Positions 32,614-43,622 of a DNA stretch of 64,000 nt are shown here, piece by piece. A program made the translations under genes and the position numbers. The first letter of the stretch is position 1. The number at the start of each line of letters is the position of its first letter. Under the pieces are notes generated by a model. That model saw only the letters and a program-made list of their open reading frames with translations, did no database searches and was not told where the DNA came from. Source of the stretch: Gammaproteobacteria bacterium (GTDB taxonomy: Bacteria > Pseudomonadota > Gammaproteobacteria > HyVt-429); the NCBI GenBank assembly GCA_022340345.1, contig JAJDOE010000014.1, forward strand, positions 152 to 64,151, written 5' to 3'.

Positions 32614-33636
32614 CTATAAATGCTCTTTTACCAGATATTCGGCAATCTGGACGCTGTTTAATGCGGCGCCCTTGCGCACATTGTCGGAAACCACCCACAT
32701 ATCCACACCATTCGGGTGGGAAATGTCATCGCGGATGCGACCCACGAACACTTCGTCCCGGGAGGCGGCCTCGGTGACCGCGGTCGGGTAGCCGCCATCC
32801 TTGCGCTCATCCAGGACGCACACCCCGGGAGCCGTTTCCAGCAGGGCGCGTACTTCCGCTGCGCTGATCTTTGTCCGGGTTTCGATATGCACCGCTTCCG
32901 AATGCCCGTAAAACACCGGCACCCGCACGCAACTGGGATTCACGCGGATGCTCGGGTCACCCAGAATCTTGCGGGTTTCCCACACCATCTTCATCTCTTC
33001 CTTCGTATAGCCATTGTCCAGGAAAACATCAATGTGCGGCAGCACATTGAAGGCGATCTGGCGCGGGTACACCCGCGGCTCCGCCGGCCTGCCATTTAAC
33101 AGCGCGGCGGTCTGGCCCGCCAGCTCCTCCACCGCTTCCTTGCCGGTGCCGGAAACCGCCTGGTAGGTGCAGACATTGATGCGTTCGATACCAACCGCAT
33201 CGTGGATCGGTTTTAAGGCCACCACCATCTGGATGGTGGAACAGTTGGGATTGGCAATAATGCCCCGCGCGCGGTAGCCGGCAATGGCCTCCGGATTGAC
33301 CTCCGGCACTACCAGCGGAATATCGTCTTCGTATCGATACCGGGAGGTGTTGTCGATTACCACGCAGCCCGCCGCCGCCGCCTTCGGCGCGTACTCGTCG
33401 GAAACCGAGGCGCCAGCAGAAAACAGGCCAATCCGGACCTTGGAAAAATCAAAATCGGCCAGATCGCCGACCACCACCTGGCGGTTTCCGAATCGCACCG
33501 TGGCGCCCGCGGAACGGCTGCTGGCCAGCGGATACAGCTGGTCCACGGGGAATTTGCGCTCGGCGAGGATGCTCAGCATCGCCTCGCCTACCGCGCCGGT
33601 GGCACCGACCACGGCCACGTTGAAGGACTTGCTCAT
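32614..33636 (-). CDS. asd: Aspartate-semialdehyde dehydrogenase
   Basis: MSKSFNVAVVGATGAVGEAM…NPNCSTIQMVVAL… is the active-site Cys motif. Confidence 0.96.
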   Translation of the reverse strand: MSKSFNVAVVGATGAVGEAMLSILAERKFPVDQLYPLASSRSAGATVRFGNRQVVVGDLADFDFSKVRIGLFSAGASVSDEYAPKAAAAGCVVIDNTSRYRYEDDIPLVVPEVNPEAIAGYRARGIIANPNCSTIQMVVALKPIHDAVGIERINVCTYQAVSGTGKEAVEELAGQTAALLNGRPAEPRVYPRQIAFNVLPHIDVFLDNGYTKEEMKMVWETRKILGDPSIRVNPSCVRVPVFYGHSEAVHIETRTKISAAEVRALLETAPGVCVLDERKDGGYPTAVTEAASRDEVFVGRIRDDISHPNGVDMWVVSDNVRKGAALNSVQIAEYLVKEHL

Positions 33637-33671
33637 GGATGTTCCCGGTTCAATCGCGTTCTGAAAAATGA

Positions 33672-34754
33672 CTAGTGCTGAAATGCCAGCATGGCGGCAA
33701 CCACCGCCTCGCCCATGGCCGCGGTTCCAACGGATTCTTCTTCCCCCGCGATATCCGCGGTGCGCAACCCGGTGGACAGCGCGAAGCTGACCGCCTGCTC
33801 CACGTAGGTGGCCATGTCCGGCTCCGCAAAGCTGTAGCGCAGCATCAGCGCTACCGACAGAATCGTTGCCAGCGGGTTGGCAACATCCTTGCCGGCAATG
33901 TCCGGCGCGGAGCCGTGGATCGGCTCGTACAGGCCCTTGCGGTTGGCATCCAGCGATGCCGAAGGCAGCATGCCGATGGACCCGGTCAGGGTCGCGGCGA
34001 TGTCGGACAGGATGTCGCCAAACATATTGCCGGTCAGCAGCACGTCGAATTGGGACGGATCACGCACCAGCTGCATGGCAGCATTGTCCACATACATATG
34101 ACGGAGAGCCACGTCCGGATATTCGCCGCCCACGCGGCTTACCACCTCGCGCCACAACTCCGAACTTTCCAGCACGTTGGCCTTGTCCACCGAGCAGACG
34201 GCCTTGCGGCGCTCCCGGGCAGCGCGGAAAGCCACGTGGGCGATGCGCTCGATCTCCGACTCCGAATACACCAGGGTGTTGAATCCCTGGCGCTGACCAT
34301 CGGACTCGCGAATTCCGCGCGGCTCACCGAAATAGATCCCGCCGGTCAGCTCCCGCACGATCAGCAGGTCCAGGCCCTCCACCACCTCCGGGCGCAACGT
34401 CGAGGCCGACGCCAGCGGAGCGTGCAGCAACGCGGGACGCAGGTTGGCAAACAATCCGAGGCCGGCGCGCAGGCGCAGCAGTCCGGTCTCCGGCCGCTGG
34501 TGCCGTGGGTGCTGATCCCACGCCGGTCCACCCACCGCCCCCAACAGCAGCGCGTCCGCAGCGCGTGCCAGTTCCAGCGTATCCGCCGGCAGTGGGTCGC
34601 CGCAGGCATCCACCGCGGCGCCACCCACCGGCGCTTCCTGCAGCGTGGCGTCCAGGCCGTGCTCACCGATCAGGACCTCCAGCACGTTGCGTGCCTCGGC
34701 GAGAATCTCGGGGCCAATGCCATCTCCGGGCAGCAGCAGGATGCGTTTGCTCAT
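33672..34754 (-). CDS. leuB: 3-isopropylmalate dehydrogenase
   Basis: [17 protein letters not shown]…NMFGDILSD…; start at MSKR (34754). Confidence 0.96.
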   Translation of the reverse strand: MSKRILLLPGDGIGPEILAEARNVLEVLIGEHGLDATLQEAPVGGAAVDACGDPLPADTLELARAADALLLGAVGGPAWDQHPRHQRPETGLLRLRAGLGLFANLRPALLHAPLASASTLRPEVVEGLDLLIVRELTGGIYFGEPRGIRESDGQRQGFNTLVYSESEIERIAHVAFRAARERRKAVCSVDKANVLESSELWREVVSRVGGEYPDVALRHMYVDNAAMQLVRDPSQFDVLLTGNMFGDILSDIAATLTGSIGMLPSASLDANRKGLYEPIHGSAPDIAGKDVANPLATILSVALMLRYSFAEPDMATYVEQAVSFALSTGLRTADIAGEEESVGTAAMGEAVVAAMLAFQH

Positions 34755-35392
34755 CGCGGGAACAACCACGGTGCCTCGCGGCGTCGGCGTTCCTCGTAGG
34801 CGCGGATCGCGTCCGCGTGCTGCAGGGTCAGGCCGATCTCATCCAGCCCCTGCAGCAGGCACTCGCGGGCGAAGGGATCAATGACGAAACTCCAGGTCTC
34901 GCCCCCGGGATCCCGCAGGCGGCCGGACTCCAGGTCCACCGCCAGCGAATAGCCCGGCGTGGCCGCCACCCGGCGGAAGAGTTCGTCCACGATGGCGGCT
35001 TCCAGCACCACCGGAAGCAAGCCGTTCTTGAGGCTGTTGGATTGAAAAATGTCCGCAAACCCCGGGGCGATGACCACCCGGATACCAAAATCCAGCAATG
35101 CCCAGGGAGCGTGCTCCCGCGACGAGCCACAACCGAAATTGTCCCGCGCCAGCAGGATCTGCGCCTGCCGGTAGGGTTCCTGGTTGAGGATGAAGTCCGG
35201 GTTCTCCGCACGACCGCTGCAGTCCTGGCCCGGCTCGCCGGCATCCAGGTAGCGCCAGCCATCGAACAGGTTGGGCCCGAAGCCGGTGCGCTGGATGGAC
35301 TTCAGGAACTGCTTGGGAATGATCTGGTCGGTGTCCACATTGGCACGATCCAGCGGCGCCACGATACCGGTGAAGGGCGTAAAGGCTTTCAC
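34751..35392 (-). CDS. leuD: 3-isopropylmalate dehydratase small subunit
   Basis: [31 protein letters not shown]…; overlaps leuB by 4 nt. Confidence 0.95.
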   Translation of the reverse strand: MKAFTPFTGIVAPLDRANVDTDQIIPKQFLKSIQRTGFGPNLFDGWRYLDAGEPGQDCSGRAENPDFILNQEPYRQAQILLARDNFGCGSSREHAPWALLDFGIRVVIAPGFADIFQSNSLKNGLLPVVLEAAIVDELFRRVAATPGYSLAVDLESGRLRDPGGETWSFVIDPFARECLLQGLDEIGLTLQHADAIRAYEERRRREAPWLFPR

Positions 35393-36795
35393 GAATTATC
35401 CTCCCGCACGTCCACGAAGTGGCCTGCCACCGCCGCCGCGGCGGCCATGGCGGGTGACACCAGGTGCGTGCGCCCCCCGTGCCCCTGGCGGCCTTCAAAA
35501 TTGCGGTTGGAGGTGGAGGCGCAACGCTCACCCGGCTCCAGGCGATCGGCATTCATGGCCAGGCACATGGAACAGCCGGGGGAACGCCACTCAAATCCCG
35601 CTTCCTGGAATATCCGGTCGAGTCCCTCCGCTTCCGCCTGCTGCTTGACCAGTCCGGAACCCGGCACCACCAGTGCCAGACGGATGGACGCCGCCACCTT
35701 GTGGCCCCGGACCACCACGGCGGCGGCGCGCAGGTCCTCGATACGCGAATTGGTGCAGGAACCGATGAACACCTTGTCCGGGCGGATATCGGTGATCGGG
35801 GTCCCCGCCTTCAGATCCATGTAGGCCAGCGCTCGCTGCCAGTTCTCTCGCCGGTTTTCGTCCGGCGCATCTGCCGGGTACGGAATGCAGCCGTCCACCG
35901 GCGCGACCATCTCGGGATTGGTGCCCCAGGTGACCTGGGGGGCGATGCCGGCCGCGTCCAGCTCAACCTCCCGGTCAAAACAGGCTCCGGCGTCGCTGTG
36001 CAGATTCGCCCAGGCCTGCTCGGCCAGGCGTTGATGGTCGCCGGCGGGGGCAAAGGGACGACCGCGAACGTAATCGAGCGTCGTGTCATCCACCGCAACC
36101 AGTCCGGCGCGGGCGCCCGCCTCAATGGACATGTTGCACAGGGTCATGCGCCCCTCCATGGACAGGGAGCGAATCGCGTTGCCCGCGTATTCGAGCACCT
36201 GCCCGGTACCGCCACCAATTCCGATGCGGCCGATAATCGCCAGGATGATGTCCTTGGCGGTGACCCCGGGAGCCAGTTCGCCTTCCACCTGGATACGCAT
36301 GTTGCGTGCCTTCTTTAACAGCAGGCACTGGGTGGCGAGCACGTGTTCCACCTCCGAGGTGCCAATACCGAACGCCAGGGCGCCGAACGCACCGTGGGTG
36401 GAGGTATGCGAGTCCCCGCAGACCACGGTCATGCCGGGCAGCGTGGCGCCCTGCTCCGGACCCATCACGTGCACGATGCCCTGGCGGATATCGTCCATAC
36501 CGAACTCGGTGATGCCATATTCCGCACAGTTGGAATTCAGCGTCTCAACCTGCAGTCGCGAGACCGGGTCCTGGATTCCCGCCTCCAGGTTGGTGGTGGG
36601 AATGTTGTGATCCGGCACCGCCAGGTTGGTGTCCAGGCGCCACGGTGGGCGACCCGCCAGGCGCAGGCCCTCGAAGGCCTGCGGTGAGGTGACCTCGTGC
36701 ACCAGGTGCCGATCGATATAAATCAACGCGGCTCCATTGGCGTCTTCGCGCACCACGTGCGCGTCCCACAATTTGTCGTACAGGGTCTTGGGCAT
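35389..36795 (-). CDS. leuC: 3-isopropylmalate dehydratase large subunit
   Basis: [15 protein letters not shown]… with aconitase-family Cys ligands (CTNSRIEDL…GSCT). Start at MPKTL (36795), homologous to E. coli MAKTLYEKLF. Confidence 0.95.
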   Translation of the reverse strand: MPKTLYDKLWDAHVVREDANGAALIYIDRHLVHEVTSPQAFEGLRLAGRPPWRLDTNLAVPDHNIPTTNLEAGIQDPVSRLQVETLNSNCAEYGITEFGMDDIRQGIVHVMGPEQGATLPGMTVVCGDSHTSTHGAFGALAFGIGTSEVEHVLATQCLLLKKARNMRIQVEGELAPGVTAKDIILAIIGRIGIGGGTGQVLEYAGNAIRSLSMEGRMTLCNMSIEAGARAGLVAVDDTTLDYVRGRPFAPAGDHQRLAEQAWANLHSDAGACFDREVELDAAGIAPQVTWGTNPEMVAPVDGCIPYPADAPDENRRENWQRALAYMDLKAGTPITDIRPDKVFIGSCTNSRIEDLRAAAVVVRGHKVAASIRLALVVPGSGLVKQQAEAEGLDRIFQEAGFEWRSPGCSMCLAMNADRLEPGERCASTSNRNFEGRQGHGGRTHLVSPAMAAAAAVAGHFVDVREDNS

Positions 36796-36907
36796 TGGTC
36801 TCATCGCAACCACCCGGGCGGGCGGGGTGCGGGGGTGCCGAATAATAGGGGACTCATCCCGCGGACTCAATCTGGTTACGGCACAAAAGCGCGTCTATAG
36901 TGAATTC

Positions 36908-37372
36908 ATCATGCTGCAGCAATCACAAAAGCAGGCGTTCCGGCCCTTTTTGTTGCAACTGGCGGATTCCATCGGCCGGCACCAGCTACCCATCAACGAA
37001 CAGGCGCAGGAAATCCGGGATTTTTTGCGGCCGGATGCCGTGCATCACGAAATCGTCAAACGCCTGGTGCGCGAGATCTACCGCTCCAACCGCTGCGGCC
37101 ACCTGAACGCCAGCATCGGCTACGAAGCCACCGTCACACCCCTGACCGCGTTGCGCCGGGAATTGCGACATTCCCTGCACAGCGATGTGGACCAGGTGCG
37201 ACTGGTGGACCTTTTGTGCGAGGAAACCGAGCGGCTGTTTGGAGTCCAACCCTTACCCAGGCCCCCCGTCCGCGACGGCGGCGCCACGATCATCCCCCTT
37301 CCCCGGCGAATCGATGCCCAACGGGCGCGCCGCCAGGGCCGCACCGGCCAGCGCCAGTCCGGCCGCAAGTAA
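36908..37372 (+). CDS. Hypothetical protein (uncertain; about 154 aa ORF divergent from leuC)
   Basis: MLQQSQKQAFRPFLLQLADSIGRHQLPINEQAQEIRDFL… has non-GC-biased, protein-like composition. Its 3' 120 nt overlap the end of the convergent MFS ORF, so either the end or the ORF itself is uncertain. Confidence 0.3.
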   Translation: MMLQQSQKQAFRPFLLQLADSIGRHQLPINEQAQEIRDFLRPDAVHHEIVKRLVREIYRSNRCGHLNASIGYEATVTPLTALRRELRHSLHSDVDQVRLVDLLCEETERLFGVQPLPRPPVRDGGATIIPLPRRIDAQRARRQGRTGQRQSGRK

Positions 37373-38311
37373 CCAGGTCGTCGTCTCTCCCAGGCGATCC
37401 CAGGCCAGGCCGCTGTACAGCCCGCCAAGGGCGCCACCCAGGCCGTAACTGACGCTGGAATACAGCGCCTGTCCGCGGTGCTGGTGGGTATCACGGAACA
37501 TGCGGTGCACGATCTGGATACTCGCCGCGTGAAACGCACCGAAACTGAGGGCATGCAGGCCCTGGGCCAGCACCAGCATGGCGACGGTGTCCGGGAACGA
37601 CGCGATCAATACCCAGCGCAGCGCCGCGGCCAGCAGCGCCAGCCGGAAGATCCGCGTGGCGTCCATGTGGCGCAGCCAGCGTGGCATGAGCAGGAACACC
37701 GGGATTTCGGCCAGCACCCCCAACGCCCACAGCAGGCCGATCAGGCCCCGGCTGTAACCGTGATCGATCAGGTAGATCGTATAAAAGGTGTAATACGGAG
37801 CGTGGCTGGCCTGCATCAGCAGGCACGCAGCCAGGAAGGCCAGAACCGGGCCCCGCCACAGGGCCTGGCGGATGGGACCGGAACGCAGCACCCGTACCCC
37901 GGCCTCGGGCACCATCAGGCTTGCCAGCCAGATTCCGATCATGCACACCAGCACCGCCGGGCGCACCGCGTCCGCCCCGGTGCGTTCGAGTACCGTGCCC
38001 ACCCCGATCACCGTGGCGATAAATCCCATCGATCCCCACAGGCGAATCCGGGTGTACTCGCCGCTGCGCGGACCCAGGTGGTTCAGCGTCGTGGCCTCCA
38101 GCTGCGGAAGGGTCGCATTCCAGAAGAAACTGAAAAGAGACATCACCAGCGCCAGCCCCCAGAAGCTGGTGGTCACGAATACGCCGGCGAAGAACAGCAC
38201 GGTCAAGGCGCTGGCGACACGCACCACCGGCATGCAGCGTCCGCCGCGGGCGTCGGAGAGCCAGGCCCACAGATTGGGGGCCACAATACGGGTGGCCAGC
38301 ATGATTGCCAC
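37253..38311 (-). CDS. MFS transporter
   Basis: About 10-11 predicted TM helices (…FWGLALVMSLFSFFWNATLPQL…GLIGLLWALGVLAEIPVFLLM…). The N-terminus may lie further upstream with a non-ATG start, and the last 25 or so residues (Gly/Asp/Arg-rich) may be read-through. Confidence 0.65.
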   Translation of the reverse strand: MAIMLATRIVAPNLWAWLSDARGGRCMPVVRVASALTVLFFAGVFVTTSFWGLALVMSLFSFFWNATLPQLEATTLNHLGPRSGEYTRIRLWGSMGFIATVIGVGTVLERTGADAVRPAVLVCMIGIWLASLMVPEAGVRVLRSGPIRQALWRGPVLAFLAACLLMQASHAPYYTFYTIYLIDHGYSRGLIGLLWALGVLAEIPVFLLMPRWLRHMDATRIFRLALLAAALRWVLIASFPDTVAMLVLAQGLHALSFGAFHAASIQIVHRMFRDTHQHRGQALYSSVSYGLGGALGGLYSGLAWDRLGETTTWLLAAGLALAGAALAARPLGIDSPGKGDDRGAAVADGGPG

Positions 38312-38454
38312 CAGCTGGCCAATCTCGGTGGCGCTGAAACCGATACTGCGCAGGTACGGCGACCAGTACGGGACCAGCGCCCCGAGGGTCGCGAAATAGA
38401 AAAGGTAGAAACCCGACAGCCGCCAGTAGGGCAGCGCCCCCGGGACCGGCGAGC

Positions 38455-39525
38455 TCAGGATCCGTGATCCGCGTTCTGGCCCCGCTGGCGCAGGAAATGG
38501 TCCATGAGGACGATCGCCACCATGGCTTCACAGATGGGTACCGCGCGAATCCCCACACAGGGATCGTGGCGGCCGGTGGTAACGACCTCCACGGCTTCCC
38601 CGTCGTTGTTCACCGTGCGCCCGGGCTGCGTAATGCTGGAGGTTGGTTTGAACGCCACGTGGGCGATGATCTCCTGGCCGGAGGAGATTCCGCCGAGTAC
38701 GCCACCGGCGTTGTTGCTCAGGAATCCGTCCGGGCTGATCTCGTCGCGATGCTCGCTGCCCCGCTGGGAGACACTGGCGAACCCGGCGCCGATCTCTACG
38801 CCCTTGGCCGCGTTGATCCCCATCAGGGCATGCGCCAGGTCCGCGTCCAGGCGGTCGAATACCGGCTCCCCAAGGCCCGCCGGGACCCCCGTTGCGCGCA
38901 CCGTGACCTGGGCGCCAGTGGAATCACCCGCCTTGCGCAGATCGTCAATGGCCTGCGCCAGGCGATCCACCTGCGCCGGGTCCGGACAGAAAAACGGGTT
39001 GTTCTCCACCGCCTCCCAATCCCGCAGCGTGAGCCTCAGCTTGCCCATGGCACTCAGGCAGCCCTGGATGCGCACTCCGAGCCGTTCCGCCAGATACTTG
39101 CGTGCGATACCACCCGCGGCCACTCGCATGGCGGTTTCGCGGGCCGAAGATCGGCCACCACCGCGGTAGTCGCGCCGGCCGTACTTGGCCTGGTAGGTGA
39201 AGTCCGCATGTCCGGGGCGGAAACGATCCTTGATTTTTTCGTAGTCGCGCGAGCGCGCGTCGGTGTTGCGAATCAGCAGGCCGATGGGCGTGCCGGTGGT
39301 CTCGCCCTCGAACACCCCGGAAAGGATCTCTACCGCGTCCGCCTCGCGACGCTGGGTGGTGTGCCGGGACTGACCCGGGCGGCGCCGGTCCAGGTCCCGC
39401 TGCAGGTCCTCCGCCGCCAGCGGCAGGCCGGGCGGACAGCCATCCACGATGGCGGCCAGCGCCGCCCCGTGACTTTCGCCGCAGGTGGTGACGCTGAACT
39501 GTCTGCCGATAGTGTTTCCAGACAC
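38455..39525 (-). CDS. aroC: Chorismate synthase
   Basis: [34 protein letters not shown]…[10 protein letters not shown]…; 356 aa. Confidence 0.96.
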   Translation of the reverse strand: MSGNTIGRQFSVTTCGESHGAALAAIVDGCPPGLPLAAEDLQRDLDRRRPGQSRHTTQRREADAVEILSGVFEGETTGTPIGLLIRNTDARSRDYEKIKDRFRPGHADFTYQAKYGRRDYRGGGRSSARETAMRVAAGGIARKYLAERLGVRIQGCLSAMGKLRLTLRDWEAVENNPFFCPDPAQVDRLAQAIDDLRKAGDSTGAQVTVRATGVPAGLGEPVFDRLDADLAHALMGINAAKGVEIGAGFASVSQRGSEHRDEISPDGFLSNNAGGVLGGISSGQEIIAHVAFKPTSSITQPGRTVNNDGEAVEVVTTGRHDPCVGIRAVPICEAMVAIVLMDHFLRQRGQNADHGS

Positions 39526-39545
39526 GCGGGTTCGTCCTGATAATT

Positions 39546-39621
39546 CGGGTCAGATCACAATTCTTTCAAACGGTTACAAGCGCTGCGACGTACTAGCTAA
39601 AGAATTGTGAATCTGACCCCG
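39546..39621. repeat. AT-rich 21-bp inverted repeat (GGGTCAGATCACAATTCTTTC … GAAAGAATTGTGAATCTGACCC) with about 30-nt spacer, between dcd and aroC
   Basis: 20 of 21 positions pair (one indel). It lies 94 nt after the dcd stop and 20 nt before the aroC ATG, with no flanking U-tract. Confidence 0.6.
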
Positions 39622-39714
39622 ATTGCTAATTCTAACCGACGCGGCGCCGGTTGCCCGCCTGCGCCCCGGGTCTGCGCATCGCCACCCGGGTCCCGCTGCC
39701 GGCCCGGCGCGGGA

Positions 39715-40281
39715 TCAGGTCCGCGGAAGCGTCACGCCCAGCTGGCCCTGGTATTTACCGCCACGGTCCTTGTACGAGGTCTCGCACTCCTCGTCGGCAC
39801 GGAAAAAGATTAGCTGGGCAACGCCTTCGTTCGCATAAATACGCGCCGGCAACGGAGTGGTGTTGGAAAACTCCAGGGTCGCGTGCCCCTCCCACTCCGG
39901 CTCAAACGGAGTGACGTTGACGATGATTCCGCAGCGGGCATAGGTGGACTTGCCCAGGCAAACGGTGAGCACGTTGCGCGGAATGCGCAGGTACTCCACG
40001 GTGCGGGCCAGGGCGAAGGAATTCGGCGGAATAATGCAAACGTCGCCAACGAAATCCACCAGGCTGTTGGCGTCAAAGTTCTTCGGATCCACCACCGCCG
40101 AGTTGATGTTGGTAAAGATCTTGAATTCGTCGGAGCAGCGGATATCGTAACCGTAGCTGGAGGTCCCATAGGAAACGATGGGTCCCTGGTCGTTCCGGCG
40201 TATCAACGTTGGTTCGAACGGATCGATCATGCCGTGCTCTTGCGCCATGCGGCGAATCCACTTGTCTGGACACACGCTCAT
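39715..40281 (-). CDS. dcd: dCTP deaminase
   Basis: …[30 protein letters not shown]…; 188 aa homotrimeric dUTPase-like fold. Confidence 0.95.
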   Translation of the reverse strand: MSVCPDKWIRRMAQEHGMIDPFEPTLIRRNDQGPIVSYGTSSYGYDIRCSDEFKIFTNINSAVVDPKNFDANSLVDFVGDVCIIPPNSFALARTVEYLRIPRNVLTVCLGKSTYARCGIIVNVTPFEPEWEGHATLEFSNTTPLPARIYANEGVAQLIFFRADEECETSYKDRGGKYQGQLGVTLPRT

Positions 40282-40286
40282 GCCGG

Positions 40287-41378
40287 TTAGCCGTTGTCGA
40301 CGACGATGGAGGGAAACGCCGCCGAGTAGTCTTTCTTTTGCCGTGACAGGCGCGCCGCAGCACGCCGGGCAATGTCCCGGTAGATTCCCGCGAGACGACC
40401 GTCGGGATCCGCCACCACGGTGGGCTGACCCTTATCCGTATCCTCGCGGATGCTGATATCCAGCGGCACCGCGCCCAGGTAGGGGAGATCAAATTCCTCC
40501 GCCATGCGCTGAGCTCCTCCTTCGCCAAAAATATGCTCTTCGTGACCACACTGGCTGCAGATGTGGGTGCTCATGTTCTCCACTACGCCCAGAACCGGGA
40601 CTTCCACCTTCTCGAACATCTTGAAGGCCTTGCGAGCATCGAGCAGGGCAATGTCCTGTGGCGTACTGACGATGACCGAACCGGAAACCGGCACCTTCTG
40701 CGCCAGGGTCAGCTGGGTGTCGCCGGTACCCGGCGGCAGGTCGATGACCAGGTAGTCCAGGTCCTCCCAGGCGGTGTCTTTGAGTAACTGTTCCAGCGCC
40801 TGGGTGACCATGGGGCCGCGCCAGATCATCGGCGTGTCTTCCTCCACCAGGAAACCGATCGACATCGCCTGCAGGTGGTAGGCGATGATCGGCTTGAGGC
40901 GGCGTCCGTCCTCGGATTCCGGCTTGGCGTTGACTCCCAGCATGCGCGGCTGGCTGGGACCGTAGATATCTGCATCCAGGATGCCGACCCTGGCGCCTTC
41001 GGCGGACAGCGCCAGGGCCAGGTTTACCGCCAGCGTGGATTTGCCCACACCACCCTTGCCGGACGCCACCGCGATGATGTTGCGGATTCCCGGGATCGGC
41101 TCCACCCCCTGCTGGGCGGAATGCGCCACGATTTTCCAGTCGACGCTGACCTGGGCGTCGGCGACCCCTTCCAGGCTCTCCAGCCGGGTCTTCACAGTGG
41201 CGGCAAATTCCTCGACAAAGCCCTTGGCCGGGTAACCCAGGGTGATCGCCACGCGCACCTGGTCGCCGTCGATGGATACGGATTTGAGGGTTTTGGCCTC
41301 CACCGGACTCTGGTCCAGGTTCGGGTCGATGACCTCCGCCAGGGCCGCTTTGACCTGCGCTTCTGTTACGCCAGACAT
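40287..41378 (-). CDS. apbC: Iron-sulfur cluster carrier ATPase ApbC/Mrp
   Basis: …[21 protein letters not shown]… (deviant Walker A), CxxC (CSQCGHEE), and an N-terminal MIP18-like domain; divergent from metG as in E. coli. Confidence 0.93.
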   Translation of the reverse strand: MSGVTEAQVKAALAEVIDPNLDQSPVEAKTLKSVSIDGDQVRVAITLGYPAKGFVEEFAATVKTRLESLEGVADAQVSVDWKIVAHSAQQGVEPIPGIRNIIAVASGKGGVGKSTLAVNLALALSAEGARVGILDADIYGPSQPRMLGVNAKPESEDGRRLKPIIAYHLQAMSIGFLVEEDTPMIWRGPMVTQALEQLLKDTAWEDLDYLVIDLPPGTGDTQLTLAQKVPVSGSVIVSTPQDIALLDARKAFKMFEKVEVPVLGVVENMSTHICSQCGHEEHIFGEGGAQRMAEEFDLPYLGAVPLDISIREDTDKGQPTVVADPDGRLAGIYRDIARRAAARLSRQKKDYSAAFPSIVVDNG

Positions 41379-41554
41379 GTTCTCTCCAGGAAAATCCTTG
41401 CGAATACCGGCCCTGAAACAGCCGTGGGGCCGGTGGGAAGGGGCGGAATCCTATCACTGTGCCCGGCCGCTGTGAATACCTGACCAAAAAGCTCAGGAAA
41501 GAGCGCGCCACCCCCGGTGGCTGCCCGCCACCGTCGGCACAGGGCCAGCGCGGG

Positions 41555-41560
41555 TATAAT
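41555..41560 (+). promoter_or_regulatory. Perfect TATAAT -10 hexamer 40 nt upstream of metG
   Basis: …GCGCGGGTATAATCCGCC… in the apbC<>metG divergent region. The -35 spacing is unclear. Confidence 0.3.
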
Positions 41561-41599
41561 CCGCCCGCCGCAAGCCCCGGAAATCCAGAAAAAATATTC

Positions 41600-43612
41600 A
41601 TGCGTCGTATCCTCGTTACCAGCGCCCTGCCCTACGCCAATGGCCCGATCCACATCGGCCACATGGTGGAACACGTGCAGACGGATATCTGGGTGCGTTT
41701 TCAGCGCCTGCGCGGGCACGAGGTTTGGAGCGTATGCGCCGACGACACTCACGGCACGCCGATCATGCTGCGCGCCGAGGCGGAAGGAATAACGCCCGAG
41801 CAACTGATCGAGCGCATGCACGCCGAACACCTGCGCGATTTCCGCGACTTTGGCATTTCCTACGACAACTACCACTCCACCCACTCGCCGGAGAATCGGG
41901 AACTGTCCCAAGACCTGTACCGGCGCCTGGACCAGGCGGGACTGATCAGTCGCCGGGTGATCGACCAGTTCTACGATCCGGTGCGCGAGATGTTTCTTCC
42001 GGACCGCTACATCCGCGGTAGCTGCCCGCGTTGCGGAACCGAGGACCAGTACGGGGATTCCTGCGAAAACTGCGGCGCGACCTACTCACCCACCGAACTC
42101 GGCAACCCGGTATCGGTGCTCTCCGGCGCCACGCCGGTACGACGGGAATCCGAACACCACTTCTTTCGCCTGGGCGAAGCGGAATCCTTCCTGCGCGAGT
42201 GGACCACCGGCAAGGGTCGCCTGCAGCCGGAAGCGGCCAACAAGCTGGACGAGTGGTTCGATGCCGGCCTGCGGGACTGGGACATCAGCCGCGATGCGCC
42301 CTACTTCGGTTTCGAGATTCCCGACGCGCCAGGCAAGTTCCTGTACGTGTGGCTGGATGCCCCGGTGGGGTACATGGCCAGCTTCCGCAATCTGTGCGAG
42401 CGGGAAAAAGGCCTGGACTTTGATTCCTGGTGGGCGCCGGGATCGGATGCGGAGCTGTACCATTTCATCGGCAAGGACATCCTTTATTTCCATGCCCTGT
42501 TTTGGCCCGCCACCCTGCATTTTGGCGGCTACCGCACGCCCACCGGCGTAAACGTGCATGGTTTCCTCACCGTGGACGGCCAGAAAATGTCCAAGTCCCG
42601 GGGAACCTTTATTACGGCGCGCGAGTACCTCAACCATCTGGACCCGCAGTACCTGCGGTACTACTTCGCCGCCAAACTGAACGAGCATATCGAGGACATC
42701 GATCTCAACCTCGATGACTTCGTGATGCGCGTCAACAGCAATATTGTTGGCAAGTACGTGAACATCGCCAGTCGCAGCGCCGGGTTCATCAACAAGCAGT
42801 TTGACGGCAGGCTGGCCGACGAACTCGACGCGGAAGGCCGGCAACTGCTCGACCGCGGCCAGGGGCTGGCGGAGGAAATCGCCGAGGGCTACGAGACCCG
42901 CCGGTTCGGCGAAACCATGCGCCGCATCATGGACCTCGCCGACGAGGCCAACGAATACATCAATCGCAACAAACCCTGGGAACTGGCGAAGCAGCCGGGG
43001 GCGGAACTGCGCCTGCAGCAGGTCTGCAGCACCAACCTGGAGATGTTCCGTCTGCTGACCCTCTACCTGAAGCCCGTGATCCCGGGAATCGTCGAGGCGG
43101 CGGAGCAGTTTCTGAATATTCCGGCCCTGAACTGGGCGGATGCATCCCGTGCCATGGGGGCACATACCATTGCCGGATACCGGCACCTCGCCCAACGGGT
43201 GGAAACAGACAAGGTTACAGCCATGGTGGAAGCCAGCAGACCGAAGCAGACTACGGACCGTACAGCCAAAGACGCGGACCCGCGGCACATCGGTATCGAG
43301 CAGTTCACGGACGTGGACCTGCGAATCGCACGGATCGTGGTCGCTGAACCGGTGGACGGCGCCGACAAGTTGCTGCGCCTGCAGCTGGACGTGGGCGAAC
43401 TGGGCGAACGCCAGGTGTTTGCCGGAATCAAGCAGGCCTACCCGGCGGAAGCTCTCGCCGACCGGCTGGTGGTGCTGGTGGCCAACCTGGCGCCGCGCAA
43501 AATGCGATTCGGCGTTTCCGAGGGCATGGTGCTGGCGGCGGGCCCCGGGGGCGCGGAGATTTTCCTGCTGGCGCCGGACAGTGGTGCGCAACCCGGAATG
43601 CGCGTCAAATAG
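41600..43612 (+). CDS. metG: Methionine--tRNA ligase (with C-terminal EMAP/tRNA-binding domain)
   Basis: [25 protein letters not shown] (HIGH)…Zn knuckle [18 protein letters not shown]…KMSKSRGT…; aligns end-to-end with E. coli MetG. Start at 41600, not the upstream ATG at 41459. Confidence 0.96.
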   Translation: MRRILVTSALPYANGPIHIGHMVEHVQTDIWVRFQRLRGHEVWSVCADDTHGTPIMLRAEAEGITPEQLIERMHAEHLRDFRDFGISYDNYHSTHSPENRELSQDLYRRLDQAGLISRRVIDQFYDPVREMFLPDRYIRGSCPRCGTEDQYGDSCENCGATYSPTELGNPVSVLSGATPVRRESEHHFFRLGEAESFLREWTTGKGRLQPEAANKLDEWFDAGLRDWDISRDAPYFGFEIPDAPGKFLYVWLDAPVGYMASFRNLCEREKGLDFDSWWAPGSDAELYHFIGKDILYFHALFWPATLHFGGYRTPTGVNVHGFLTVDGQKMSKSRGTFITAREYLNHLDPQYLRYYFAAKLNEHIEDIDLNLDDFVMRVNSNIVGKYVNIASRSAGFINKQFDGRLADELDAEGRQLLDRGQGLAEEIAEGYETRRFGETMRRIMDLADEANEYINRNKPWELAKQPGAELRLQQVCSTNLEMFRLLTLYLKPVIPGIVEAAEQFLNIPALNWADASRAMGAHTIAGYRHLAQRVETDKVTAMVEASRPKQTTDRTAKDADPRHIGIEQFTDVDLRIARIVVAEPVDGADKLLRLQLDVGELGERQVFAGIKQAYPAEALADRLVVLVANLAPRKMRFGVSEGMVLAAGPGGAEIFLLAPDSGAQPGMRVK

Positions 43613-43622
43613 CGGGTTCACC

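Noticed and set aside
36737-36907. N-terminal 57 codons of the 211-aa plus-strand ORF (36737 start)
   Set aside because: This part overlaps the leuC 5' end on the opposite strand and has Arg/Gly-rich artefact composition. Only the portion from Met 36908 is retained, as a low-confidence hypothetical.
42086-43621. 511-aa minus-strand ORF
   Set aside because: Antisense to metG.
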